Origin: a virus
Lineage: Duplodnaviria; Caudoviricetes
Direction: 5' to 3' (one strand)
Virus record (IMG/VR): IMGVR_UViG_2873737359_000001
Coordinates: 1-64,000 of that record
DNA length: 64,000 nt
In this document: in pieces, positions 39,301 through 48,443 of the stretch
Layout of the letters: each line of letters opens with the position of its first letter
How positions within the stretch are numbered: the first letter of the stretch is position 1
Made by a program: the position numbers and the translations under genes
Notes under the pieces: model-generated
Databases searched by the model: none
What the model was told of the DNA's origin: nothing
Seen by the model: the letters and a program-made list of their open reading frames with translations, nothing else

Positions 39301-40440
39301 TTATGCAGCAGTTAATGCAAGAATCTCTTTGGCAACATCAATGTCGTCTACTGCCATCGGATTTTCATATCCTTTTTCTTTAGCCAGAACAAGTAATGGT
39401 TTCAGCGCAGCTGCTTTGCCTTTATTTGCTATACAAAAATCTTTGATCTTAGCTTTAATATCATTAAGCTCCTTTTCTTTCTTATTAGATTCCTCTACAG
39501 CCGCAATCTGTTCTGCTCTCTTTTCTGCAGCTGCATCCTGCTCTTTCTTTAATTCTGCAATAGACTTTTTGCCTTTGCTTGCTTCTGCTTTAATGGCATC
39601 TGTAAGAGCCTGAATAAGAGAATCAACATTAAAATCGAATTCTGGAACAATATCTGCAAATCTGGATTTGGAATCAATGGAATAAGAATCATCACGGAAT
39701 GTGATCTTTCTGCTTTCTTTAGCGATTACACCCTTCATGATGTCTTTCTTCTTATCGTCCTTTTTACCAGTTTTTTCCTGCACGATTTCTCGATCAATAG
39801 ATGCGACACCAAGGAAATGTAACTTCGTTTTAATTGCATTAAAATCTCTCATTGACATATTTGTTGTCAAAGATGTATATGTTTGTCCTGTTACAACATC
39901 CTCCTGCTGTCTCTGTTTAACATGTCCAATAATAATGAAGTGGACTCCAACTGATTTCAATTCCCAAAGTTTATCAAGAACAATCTCTGTTGCTTTATCC
40001 TCGCCACTCATGTATCCTCCAAAAGCAGCTTTGATTGATTTTACTGGTTTTTCTGGATGTTCCGCATTATGCATACGAATTACTTCTGGCTTTGCGATTT
40101 CGATAAGCTGATCATATGTATCAATTACAACTGTTTTAAGATCCGGATACTCTGTAGATTTATTCTCAACAACATCGTCTACAAAGTCCTCAAATCCAAT
40201 AGAGTTGGTGTATTCATCATAGTCCATAGACCACTCAGGACAATTCAGATAGTTAATTCCATCGATTCCATCTGCACCATCCTCTTTTCCACATTCAAGA
40301 AATCTATATCCATCTTCACCAACAAGTTTTTCGCACATTTCTTTGATGATGGTTGTCTTTCCAATACCGCTTTCCCCAATAAGCCCGATATTGTAGCTAA
40401 GTGGATCAATTTTAATAACATTCTTTTTTCCGTATCCCAT
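39301..40440 (-). CDS. AAA_24/Sak4-like ATPase (YorG-like)
   Basis: GESGIGKT, VVIDT, GGY..G, IIGH, KSRF. Confidence 0.85.
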   Translation of the reverse strand: MGYGKKNVIKIDPLSYNIGLIGESGIGKTTIIKEMCEKLVGEDGYRFLECGKEDGADGIDGINYLNCPEWSMDYDEYTNSIGFEDFVDDVVENKSTEYPDLKTVVIDTYDQLIEIAKPEVIRMHNAEHPEKPVKSIKAAFGGYMSGEDKATEIVLDKLWELKSVGVHFIIIGHVKQRQQEDVVTGQTYTSLTTNMSMRDFNAIKTKLHFLGVASIDREIVQEKTGKKDDKKKDIMKGVIAKESRKITFRDDSYSIDSKSRFADIVPEFDFNVDSLIQALTDAIKAEASKGKKSIAELKKEQDAAAEKRAEQIAAVEESNKKEKELNDIKAKIKDFCIANKGKAAALKPLLVLAKEKGYENPMAVDDIDVAKEILALTAA

Positions 40441-40502
40441 TTTTTTATTACCTTTCAAACATTAATGTGAGTATAAAATTTATAATTAACAGTATTACGA
40501 CC

Positions 40503-41732
40503 TTAAACGATGCTATCCATCCAGGAATCATCATCCAGATCATCAGACGGATCTTCCTTCTTTGGGTTCTCTTCTTCAAAAGGAACTTCATCTTCTTCCT
40601 CTTCCGGCTCCTCATGCTTAATCAAATAATCAAGCATCAAATCATCATCTGAATACTTATCTTCAAATTTCTGGATCTGAAGAGTTTTACTACCTTCTTC
40701 TCCAACCATACGAAGAAATGGACGTTTAAGAATCATTCTTCTTTCTTTTCCTTTGTTTTCAGAACATTTCGCAAGAGCTTCTTCCATAGAATATGCACCA
40801 AGATCAATTAGCTCTTTGATGTCTGCCGGAATGTCAGCTTCTGTTGCCTGTACTGTTGCTCCTCCCTCGACAAAAATTCCTTCACAAGTAAGCATTGTAA
40901 TATTCTTTTTCACTTTGAATACTTTAGAAATAACAAGATCTGCTTTCTCTTTATTGTCCGGATCAACTTCATAATCGAATACTTTTCTCAGTGGTACAAA
41001 CTTACCGCCTTTTACGGATCCACCATCAGTAAGATCATTTCCGTTATATTCTTTAAACTTCTCAAGAATCATACCGACAATTGGATAAACCATCTTGTCT
41101 TTATCGAGTTTTCCAACCGAATCTTTATTCAGCAGCATAGTCTGTGTGAACATAGCAATTGGAGTATCTTTATCTGTTTTAAGGAAAATACTGTTAATCT
41201 GTTTTGTTACCTGAATAGCATCATTGTAAATGGAATACTTAAGCTGTCCTTTTACTTTAATTTCTGTTCCATCTTTAAGAGTGTCTGAAAGATAGTTGGT
41301 TGCATCATAATCGGAAAGGAATTTTTTCTCAACAATGTTTCCATCTTTATCTCTCTCGATTCCAATTCTGATAAAACAAAGATTTCCGACGTCCTCAAGA
41401 ATACTCTCGTCGAGACGGTCTTCCCAGTCGATAGTATATATATTGTCAAAATCATCAACTTCTCTTCCGGTTTTCTCATCTATCTTTTTACCATGGACAT
41501 ATAATGGATACGGATTGCTAATACTATATCCTCCCATTAGCTGACTCTGTACAAGTCCATATTTCTCTCCACAATCAACATTTAATAGCATTCTGGAGTA
41601 GATATAATCACTCTTTTCTGAATGTGCATCAATATTGAATGGAAATTTACCAAGAGCTGCTTTTCCTACAAGTGTAAAACTCTGAATCCAGCCCTTTTTG
41701 TCTAATGCTTTTTTTTCTTTTACTTTTGCCAT
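40503..41732 (-). CDS. Putative phage ssDNA-binding protein
   Basis: OB-like repeats, very acidic tail, upstream of the ATPase. Confidence 0.65.
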   Translation of the reverse strand: MAKVKEKKALDKKGWIQSFTLVGKAALGKFPFNIDAHSEKSDYIYSRMLLNVDCGEKYGLVQSQLMGGYSISNPYPLYVHGKKIDEKTGREVDDFDNIYTIDWEDRLDESILEDVGNLCFIRIGIERDKDGNIVEKKFLSDYDATNYLSDTLKDGTEIKVKGQLKYSIYNDAIQVTKQINSIFLKTDKDTPIAMFTQTMLLNKDSVGKLDKDKMVYPIVGMILEKFKEYNGNDLTDGGSVKGGKFVPLRKVFDYEVDPDNKEKADLVISKVFKVKKNITMLTCEGIFVEGGATVQATEADIPADIKELIDLGAYSMEEALAKCSENKGKERRMILKRPFLRMVGEEGSKTLQIQKFEDKYSDDDLMLDYLIKHEEPEEEEDEVPFEEENPKKEDPSDDLDDDSWMDSIV

Positions 41733-41738
41733 TGTCTA

Positions 41739-41957
41739 TTATCTCCTATAATCGTAATATCTACTGTCGTTATTCAACTTCATTGATCTGTCATGGAAAT
41801 ATCGAATCACATTAATCCGGCTACAACATTTACACTCTACTAACTTGGTTGAATATCCAAATCCATGATCATCTGTAAATGTCTCGCTTTCTTCATAGTC
41901 AAAGATTTCATTGCATATCCCACATGACATTTGTTTCATTTGCTGTCGTTGTTCCAT
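41739..41957 (-). CDS. Small Zn-ribbon protein
   Basis: CGIC...CKCC. Confidence 0.6.
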   Translation of the reverse strand: MEQRQQMKQMSCGICNEIFDYEESETFTDDHGFGYSTKLVECKCCSRINVIRYFHDRSMKLNNDSRYYDYRR

Positions 41958-42188
41958 TCAAGTCCTCCTCTCTTTTAGATTGGAAGATCAAGAATGCAAG
42001 TATGCAATTCTATCTCCGGATGATTGTGATCACGATATCCATCAATGAGATAATAGATAATCGCGGTTTTGTCACCCTGACATCTCTCCACTGCTTCAAG
42101 AAAACAGTGTTTCAATCCTATTTACATATCTCTTTCATTTTTATAATTTGTATAAAATTTATTATTTACAGTGTCAAAGCAAAAATAA

Positions 42189-42596
42189 TTAATCGTTTTT
42201 GATCTTGACCTTACAACCAAATTTCTCTTCGACTTCATCCATCGTAACTTCTTTTACGGTATCATCATAGATAAGCTCAAATTCTGGAAACACATCATCC
42301 ATAAAATTTTCGTCACCCCCAATAGGCATAGAACCGACTCTACGAACATCGTTAATTCTCCAAACCTTGATAATGCGATCATTTTCTTTATAACTAAATA
42401 CACAAAACCGCATATTCCCAGTTAAGCATCTGAATGTTCTGAATTTATTGATGCTTCTGTGACTTACTTTGCTGTAATACCATTTAATGAGATCTCCACG
42501 ATCAGTGTTCTTTAAAACAATACCGTAACTTCCTTTTGTAGAAAGAACAATATCGCCTGTCCGAAGATCATTCAAACACATTGTTTTCATAATCAT
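42189..42596 (-). CDS. Hypothetical phage protein
   Basis: DLRTGDIV start, KEVTM.EVE.KFG.KVKI tail. Confidence 0.75.
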   Translation of the reverse strand: MIMKTMCLNDLRTGDIVLSTKGSYGIVLKNTDRGDLIKWYYSKVSHRSINKFRTFRCLTGNMRFCVFSYKENDRIIKVWRINDVRRVGSMPIGGDENFMDDVFPEFELIYDDTVKEVTMDEVEEKFGCKVKIKND

Positions 42597-42639
42597 GCTC
42601 CTTATACATTTACTTTATTTTCTATTGTAGCGCTACAAA

Positions 42640-42712
42640 TTGGCATAGACGGAATCGAACCGTCATTATATTGATCCATGAGTCAATTATTCTACCATTG
42701 AACTATATGCCA
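42640..42712 (-). tRNA. Atypical tRNA with 8-nt anticodon loop (CUCAUGGA)
   Basis: TGGCATA/TATGCCA acceptor, ATTGA/TCAAT stem, GACGG-TTCGATT-CCGTC T arm. Confidence 0.75.
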
Positions 42713-42767
42713 AACCATTACATATACAAATGAGTGCCTAATAGAGCTTATGCAAAATATCAGGCAA

Positions 42768-42841
42768 TGGAAATTCTGGGACTCGAACCCAGGACCGACC
42801 GGTTATGAGCCGGTTGCTCTAACCAACTGAGCTAAATTTCC
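42768..42841 (-). tRNA. tRNA(CAT), probably Ile2
   Basis: GGAAATTTAGCTCAGTTGGTTAGAGC...CTCATAA; body resembles Firmicutes tRNA-Ile2. Confidence 0.9.
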
Positions 42842-42911
42842 ATGCTCTGTATATGACACACTACTATGATATATCATATACAGGAAAACACTTATTATAA
42901 ATGCAGCCTAC

Positions 42912-43342
42912 GTTTATAGTTACCACAATCCTATCATTGCTAACAACACTGATCGGTTCGACCTCATATACTACCTAATTTCACCTCACTATAAACACGT
43001 TTATTCTTTCTATTCTTTTATAACTACATTAACAGCCGTCGCTGTTTTGATCCCCACTCACTTCCTCATCCTCGTTATAAGAATATAAGCTATAAAATCA
43101 ATAAGCTGCGTAATTGATATTTCCTTATATTCCAGATACGACTACACCAAACCATATTGTTTGCCTCACCATACTTTCTCACCCTCACCTCGTCATGTAT
43201 CAAGAATACTTCAGAAATATTTTCCTTTTATATGACTACACCAAACCATATTGTTTGCCTCACCATACTACCTCACCCTCGTCATATAAAAGATCATCTA
43301 TATAAATGTATGTGCTACCAAACCCTCTACCAACCTCGCACA
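42912..43342 (-). ncRNA. Array of five structured units (stem-GAGG...GUA-stem)
   Basis: Five different outer stems with the same flanking motif; units 43135-43201 and 43225-43292 share a ~36-nt exact repeat. Confidence 0.65.
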
Positions 43343-43523
43343 GAGCCATACCCAAAGTACAGGCTGTTCCCAACTTAGTTTCATCTCATTGTAAAATTGT
43401 AATAAAATATATTACATTTGTCTGAGACTATAATGATATGCTGATCACTGCTATCTTGATCTCAAGTAGGTTAACCTTCAGATCTAAATTAATCCGTGGC
43501 CTTTAGATATCTAAAGATCTGAA

Positions 43524-43605
43524 TACGGATAATGGGACTTGAACCCATATGAGTTTCCTCCGGAGAGTTTGAGTCTCCTGCGTCTGCCTATTTCGCCATA
43601 TCCGC
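43524..43605 (-). tRNA. tRNA-Leu(CAA)
   Basis: Class II cloverleaf, GGAGA-CTCAAAC-TCTCC, A73. Confidence 0.9.
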
Positions 43606-43627
43606 TTATGATGTCTGTTTTAAGACA

Positions 43628-44356
43628 TCATATTTCATTCCATTGATCATCTGGAATATTTTTAATTACAGATTTTTTACTTGGTAACTTATATTTTATA
43701 CACCATTTTCTAACTGAATTATCAGTTACGCCATACTCTTTGGCAATACTAACAAATGAATCTTTTCTTATCTTATTTTTTAAATCTTCTCTTGATATTG
43801 GCGGTTGTTTCAAAACCACTTTTGGCTTAACTTTCCCCTTCTTGTTTATTTTCTTATTTGCCTTTAAATGTTTTTTAGAAGATTTTCCTGCATAATTTGC
43901 TGTTTGCGAATGACAATTCGGACATAAAATTTGCAAATTTTCTAATTTATTATTTGAATGTTCTCCATCAATGTGGTGTAACACCAACGTAATGTCTTTT
44001 CCATTCCAATTAGAAATGCCACAAATTTCACACTTATATTCTTTTACACCTTCATTTACTAACATTTTCAATAATCTACTAGATTGATAATTTTTATATT
44101 TTCCATCCAATACATCATTCAAAGACGCTTTTGTTTTTTTATGCGTTTTCAAAGCGCATTCTCTATATAAATTAGAACGATTTTTAGAATTTTTAGTTGT
44201 GTCTAATCCATATTCTATGATTAGCTTTTTCAAGGTTTCTGGATTAGAACCATGTCCATTAAGTCCAACTTTTCTTAACAAGTCACAATACCCATTTGAA
44301 GTATCAAGTAAATACTGTAATTCGTCTGGAGTAAAATCATATAATATACTTGCCAA
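43628..44356 (-). CDS. HNH endonuclease within the tRNA cluster
   Basis: CEICG, LHHIDG...NN...NL..LCPNCH. Confidence 0.9.
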   Translation of the reverse strand: MASILYDFTPDELQYLLDTSNGYCDLLRKVGLNGHGSNPETLKKLIIEYGLDTTKNSKNRSNLYRECALKTHKKTKASLNDVLDGKYKNYQSSRLLKMLVNEGVKEYKCEICGISNWNGKDITLVLHHIDGEHSNNKLENLQILCPNCHSQTANYAGKSSKKHLKANKKINKKGKVKPKVVLKQPPISREDLKNKIRKDSFVSIAKEYGVTDNSVRKWCIKYKLPSKKSVIKNIPDDQWNEI

Positions 44357-44357
44357 A

Positions 44358-44440
44358 CTAGGGTGGTGGGATTCGAACCCACACGGAAATCTCCAATAGA
44401 GTCAAAGTCTATTATGTCTATCCAATTCCATCACACCCCA
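44358..44440 (-). tRNA. tRNA-Gln(TTG) with long variable arm
   Basis: ATAGA-CTTTGAC-TCTAT, variable arm TGGAGATTTCCG, U1-A72, G73. Confidence 0.8.
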
Positions 44441-44443
44441 ATG

Positions 44444-44824
44444 ATTATCCACCATTTACCAGCCTTGCAGATCACTTATGGTCAAATACAACTATACCAA
44501 TAACATTTGCCAAGGATTTGATAAAATTTTATTCTTTATTATTTACTCTTTTAACTTTGATCAAAAATAAACTTTGAATTTTAAGCTTTATTACTTGACC
44601 TTTACAACTTTAAGCTTTACAGTGCATTAAGTAATATTATTTATCCATAATATGTATTATTTATAATATATTCGAATTAAAAGTTCGACCATTATTTAAA
44701 TTTTCTACCACTGTAGACCTTTCGATTTTAGAGTAGAGAGCTTCTTTTTAGCTTTATATGAGACTATGCTCTCCTGAAAGTCTAATAAGTTGTAATTTAA
44801 AGTTTTCAGTAAACAATGGATAAT
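44444..44824 (-). ncRNA. ~380-nt structured RNA candidate with heptamer-periodic AAAG tract
   Basis: Terminal ATTATCCA/TGGATAAT helix, several nested helices, no ORF. Confidence 0.65.
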
Positions 44825-44841
44825 TCTAATTTATATCAAAA

Positions 44842-45483
44842 TCAATAATTGATTTCGATTTCCGTAATTGCGTTGCTCACAGAAAGTGCTGCATCAACCT
44901 CTGATTTAAAATTTGAGATTTCTTCTTCAAGAACATTGATCTTGTCATTTACCTTGATAGGATCGAGCAGGTCGTAGGACTGAGCAGTGATAAAATCGTT
45001 ACGAGTACGATCAAACGCTTCTGCATTTACCTTTGTGTCTTTTGCGCCATACAGACCGATGACATACTGATCTGCTTTCTTCTCAAGTTCATCTCCGTTC
45101 CTAGTTTTAATAACAGCCTGAGCATTGTTAAACTGCTGTTTCATCTTTCTTAAAAGTTCTTCTTTAAGATCCATGAAGTTGTTTTTCATATCAATGGCTT
45201 CTGCAACGGTATATTCAATTCCTGTAATTGTTACCTTTGTCCTAGCATTTGAAAGAACAACTGCCGTTTTAATCGCGTTTCTGCGTGCCATAAGATCTAC
45301 AACTTTATCGTAAGATCCAGTCATCATGTTAAGATACTCATCAACTTTAATTCCATTGATCTTTTCATTAGAATGTTTATTAGCTACACAGAATACAGCT
45401 TCACTAATTGCTAAATGAATTCTATCATCGAGAATCTTAAGTTCTGAAAGTGCTTTGTGTACTGTCATCTTTTCTGTTGTCAT
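44842..45483 (-). CDS. DIP1984/septicolysin-like helical protein
   Basis: T...AL.ELK.LD.RI start, D..LS.SNA.TEI end. Confidence 0.65.
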   Translation of the reverse strand: MTTEKMTVHKALSELKILDDRIHLAISEAVFCVANKHSNEKINGIKVDEYLNMMTGSYDKVVDLMARRNAIKTAVVLSNARTKVTITGIEYTVAEAIDMKNNFMDLKEELLRKMKQQFNNAQAVIKTRNGDELEKKADQYVIGLYGAKDTKVNAEAFDRTRNDFITAQSYDLLDPIKVNDKINVLEEEISNFKSEVDAALSVSNAITEIEINY

Positions 45484-45611
45484 AACGTTTCTCCTTATAA
45501 TCTTTAAATTTTAATATGTATAAATGCTGAAACCGAACTTCACATTTATTTAAGTTTTTTATCATAACCAATACTTACAAACTGATGTCATAATCATCTC
45601 GCTACCTCCGT

Positions 45612-46709
45612 TTATACTGCATAATGTAAAGCTTTGTCCTCACATCTAATTACCTCGATATGATCTACTCCAACTGCTGCCAGTTTCGTATCATCTTCGT
45701 CTGTAACATCGTCAGCTTTAACTTCTACATATTCGCCTGGAACATAATTAATTCCACGTTTAGTATCAAATACACAATCTGCATTTCTAAAACTAACATA
45801 TATACATCCATTATCAATGTATATATAATCTTCAAATTTTTCAGATTTATCAAACAAATCAAGATATTTAAATGTCTGATTAGTTCTACCATCCTTCATA
45901 TATGTATATATCGCATATTTTACAGATGATGTATTTACGATGTTCAAATCTTTAATTGCGTTTTCAAAATCACCAGAATGATTAATTTCAAAAGCAATCG
46001 CTCTTAAGCAATCATAATTAAGAGGAACTTTTTTAGAGAAGCTAATTACTTTGGTAATTTCACCATATTTTTCTTTTGGAAGCTTATCCTGCATGTATTC
46101 TGTAATATCATCTGTGTCTGGATAATCAAATCTAAAATGATAGTGGAATCTTCCTGGACGGTTCACTAAAAAGTCACTAAGATTTCTAAGCTCATTACAT
46201 GTGATAACGAATAATTTCTTTCCGTCATATAAACCATCAAATAAAGTAAGCAGTTCCGTCTGTGGATCCGCAGCCCCATCAGGTGCTTTAATTCCTCCAA
46301 ATGTTTTATCATATTCATCAAACATTACCATCACTTCCTGATTAATAGATGCAATAAAATCAGCAATACCAGGAATATAACTATCAACAATAAGAACTGG
46401 AATGTCTCTTTTAATAGCTTCGGTAGCAAGAATTTTTGCAAATAAAGATTTTCCAATTCCCTTATCTCCAGAAAGGATCACTCCTAAATTCTTATTAAAA
46501 TAAGGAAATGCATTAAGAACTTTGTTTGCCTTACTCATATGAATCCCATAGATTTTATTTTCTCTTACAACAATATCCGTGTGTTTATCAAGAAAAAATC
46601 CAGAGCTTTTTGAAAACGATACTGAATATGCTTGAGCCGGAAGTTTGTCAAATACTTCGAGTTCATCATTATAAGCTTGGTATGTAGTTCCAATTTTAAT
46701 TACTTTCAT
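45612..46709 (-). CDS. AAA+ ATPase
   Basis: GDKGIGKS, FDEYDK, NRPGRF. Confidence 0.9.
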   Translation of the reverse strand: MKVIKIGTTYQAYNDELEVFDKLPAQAYSVSFSKSSGFFLDKHTDIVVRENKIYGIHMSKANKVLNAFPYFNKNLGVILSGDKGIGKSLFAKILATEAIKRDIPVLIVDSYIPGIADFIASINQEVMVMFDEYDKTFGGIKAPDGAADPQTELLTLFDGLYDGKKLFVITCNELRNLSDFLVNRPGRFHYHFRFDYPDTDDITEYMQDKLPKEKYGEITKVISFSKKVPLNYDCLRAIAFEINHSGDFENAIKDLNIVNTSSVKYAIYTYMKDGRTNQTFKYLDLFDKSEKFEDYIYIDNGCIYVSFRNADCVFDTKRGINYVPGEYVEVKADDVTDEDDTKLAAVGVDHIEVIRCEDKALHYAV

Positions 46710-46740
46710 GTTTCTTCTCCTTTATTTTTCATTATATAAA

Positions 46741-46811
46741 CGGCCATGGAAGGATTCGAACCTTCTCCACGATAATCAAAGTATCGTGTGCTGCCATTAC
46801 ACCACAAGGCT
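46741..46811 (-). tRNA. tRNA-Gln(TTG), imperfect acceptor stem
   Basis: CGATA-CTTTGAT-TATCG, GAAGG-TTCGAAT-CCTTC; two acceptor mismatches. Confidence 0.75.
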
Positions 46812-46978
46812 GCATTTATTATCAAATTTATTATTGATAGTTTCAAGATATTTTTTTTGTTACCTACAAGATATTTCTATCTCATAGGTAACATTTTTAA
46901 TTTTGTATGTTTATACAAAATTTATTATTGATAGTTTCGAGACATTTTAAAAATTGCCTCTCGCTTGACTGTATATGT

Positions 46979-47029
46979 ATTATAGCACATCTATATAACT
47001 ATGTCAACATCAAATTTATTTTTAACAAT
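46979..47029 (-). promoter_or_regulatory. Consensus sigmaA promoter with operators
   Basis: Operator 47012-47029, 4 bp, TTGACA-17-TATAAT with extended TG; further operators at 46918 and 46824. Confidence 0.85.
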
Positions 47030-47051
47030 ATAAAGTTTTAAGAAGCATTTT

Positions 47052-47543
47052 TTACTTATATAACTGATACTTTTTGCTTATAGTATGTGCAATATCATCT
47101 GGAAGCGGACGAAACCATATTCCAACAATAGTAGTTCCGTTCTCCTCTTCTGGTTTCAACTCTGTAAAACAACAATCCGCAATAATACCATAATCTCTGC
47201 CTTCAATAAGCCCTAGATCATTCGCAATATCTTTTGCTTTAAGTAGTTTGTTCTTATTCTTTGCTTCGCATACTGTTTTTACAAAATTTCCGTCAATATA
47301 CTGTTCATATTCCTCTTTTGGAATATATACAGTAGACTTGTAATGCGTAATATCATCAGAATCCGCCGGGACTTCCCTTACAGGAAGCCCTATAGCATTG
47401 AAATTCATCTCGATCGGAGTAACAGGCTTGATCAATCTTGTATAATATGCCTCCACACAATGCATCAACATTGCAGACAATTTGCCTGGACTTAGGTTAA
47501 GATCTTTTCTTATTATAAATAATCTTCTATATCCCATAAACAT
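47052..47543 (-). CDS. Peptidyl-tRNA hydrolase Pth2-like
   Basis: IIRKDL.LS.GKL.A...H, K.VC, I.D...TE, T.VG...P. Confidence 0.8.
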   Translation of the reverse strand: MFMGYRRLFIIRKDLNLSPGKLSAMLMHCVEAYYTRLIKPVTPIEMNFNAIGLPVREVPADSDDITHYKSTVYIPKEEYEQYIDGNFVKTVCEAKNKNKLLKAKDIANDLGLIEGRDYGIIADCCFTELKPEEENGTTIVGIWFRPLPDDIAHTISKKYQLYK

Positions 47544-47546
47544 ACC

Positions 47547-47894
47547 TCAACGTTTCTTCTCATCAGAATCATTTACAATCTGATCAATCTTATCAACAAT
47601 ATAATCCACTACATCTTTACTTGACTTGCCAATTTAGTCAATGTTATCCGAAGTAAGCTGATCCACTACAGCAATCGTATATATAGTTTCTTTTGATGGC
47701 ATTAATGCAGCAGATATACCAAAAATTATAAAAATAATTCCAAATATAATTACAATTTTATCTACTTTCTCTTCATCGAGAAAACGAGATGCTGCAACTA
47801 TAAAAGTAAATATAGCGATCAATACACATATATTCTGTATATTTTTTGATATTCCAGCAAAATATATCAACCATGGATTAATAATTGGCTCCAT
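47547..47894 (-). pseudogene. Membrane protein paralogue of 13365-13787 with in-frame TAA
   Basis: LTSDNID*IGKSSKDVVDYIVDKIDQIVN aligns with LTTDNIQAIGKTGKDVIDYVSDQIDKIVN. Confidence 0.8.
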
Positions 47895-47905
47895 AATTAT
47901 ACCTC

Positions 47906-48319
47906 TTATTTCGCTTTAGATTCCACTTCACTTGCAATCTTCTTAACAACAAGACGTTTCGCAGCTAGTCTTAGACCAAATTCTAAATCAAATTTATCTC
48001 CTTCTTCTTCATTACAGGATGCCATAGCACTTAATGCACCTGATCTAACCTGTACTCGCTTTCCATTATGTCGATACTCAAATTTCAAATCTTTTTTACT
48101 TTTAGAAAACGGATCAACATAATAGTAATACGCAACTTTCCAGACAGACCATTTCGGCTTCTTAAGATTTTTCTTCTCAACCTTGATATCATCAGATACC
48201 AAAAGCGTACAAATTTCCGTTAGAATTTTTGCAATATCTTCTTCAAATGCAGCAGCCATCACATCTGAAAATTTCATATCACCCAATGCCTGAACTCTAT
48301 CAATTTTACTTTCAACCAT
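47906..48319 (-). CDS. Hypothetical phage protein
   Basis: ASC...DKFD.EFGL.LA..R tail. Confidence 0.7.
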   Translation of the reverse strand: MVESKIDRVQALGDMKFSDVMAAAFEEDIAKILTEICTLLVSDDIKVEKKNLKKPKWSVWKVAYYYYVDPFSKSKKDLKFEYRHNGKRVQVRSGALSAMASCNEEEGDKFDLEFGLRLAAKRLVVKKIASEVESKAK

Positions 48320-48322
48320 ATC

Positions 48323-48442
48323 TCATTTCTCCTTTTTATCTCTGTTAAAAAATTTTTTATAAATATAATGACCTGTGCAACATCCAACAATAAAAATCGT
48401 TACTGCGATTACAGCAAATGTTCCAACATTCAATACAATCAT
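48323..48442 (-). CDS. 39-aa single-TM protein (missing from ORF track)
   Basis: MIVLNVGTFAVIAVTIFIVGCCTGHYIYKKFFNRDKKEK, directly after the PspA-like stop. Confidence 0.65.
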   Translation of the reverse strand: MIVLNVGTFAVIAVTIFIVGCCTGHYIYKKFFNRDKKEK

Positions 48443-48443
48443 T

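Noticed and set aside
43135-43292. CRISPR mini-array
   Set aside because: Only two exact copies, embedded in larger hairpin units, with no repeat-spacer periodicity and no cas operon; the PD-(D/E)XK gene belongs to the replication module.
43114-43378. Plus-strand ORFs 43114-43305 and 43157-43378
   Set aside because: No RBS, low-complexity translations of the repeat, and antisense to the tRNA transcript.
44444-44824. tmRNA or a retron/RT template RNA
   Set aside because: No tRNA-like acceptor/T arm or tag frame, and no reverse transcriptase in the window.
16942-47894. Stop-codon reassignment in the prophage
   Set aside because: The two internal stops differ (TGA, TAA), both are used as normal terminators here, long genes are uninterrupted, and there is no suppressor-anticodon tRNA.
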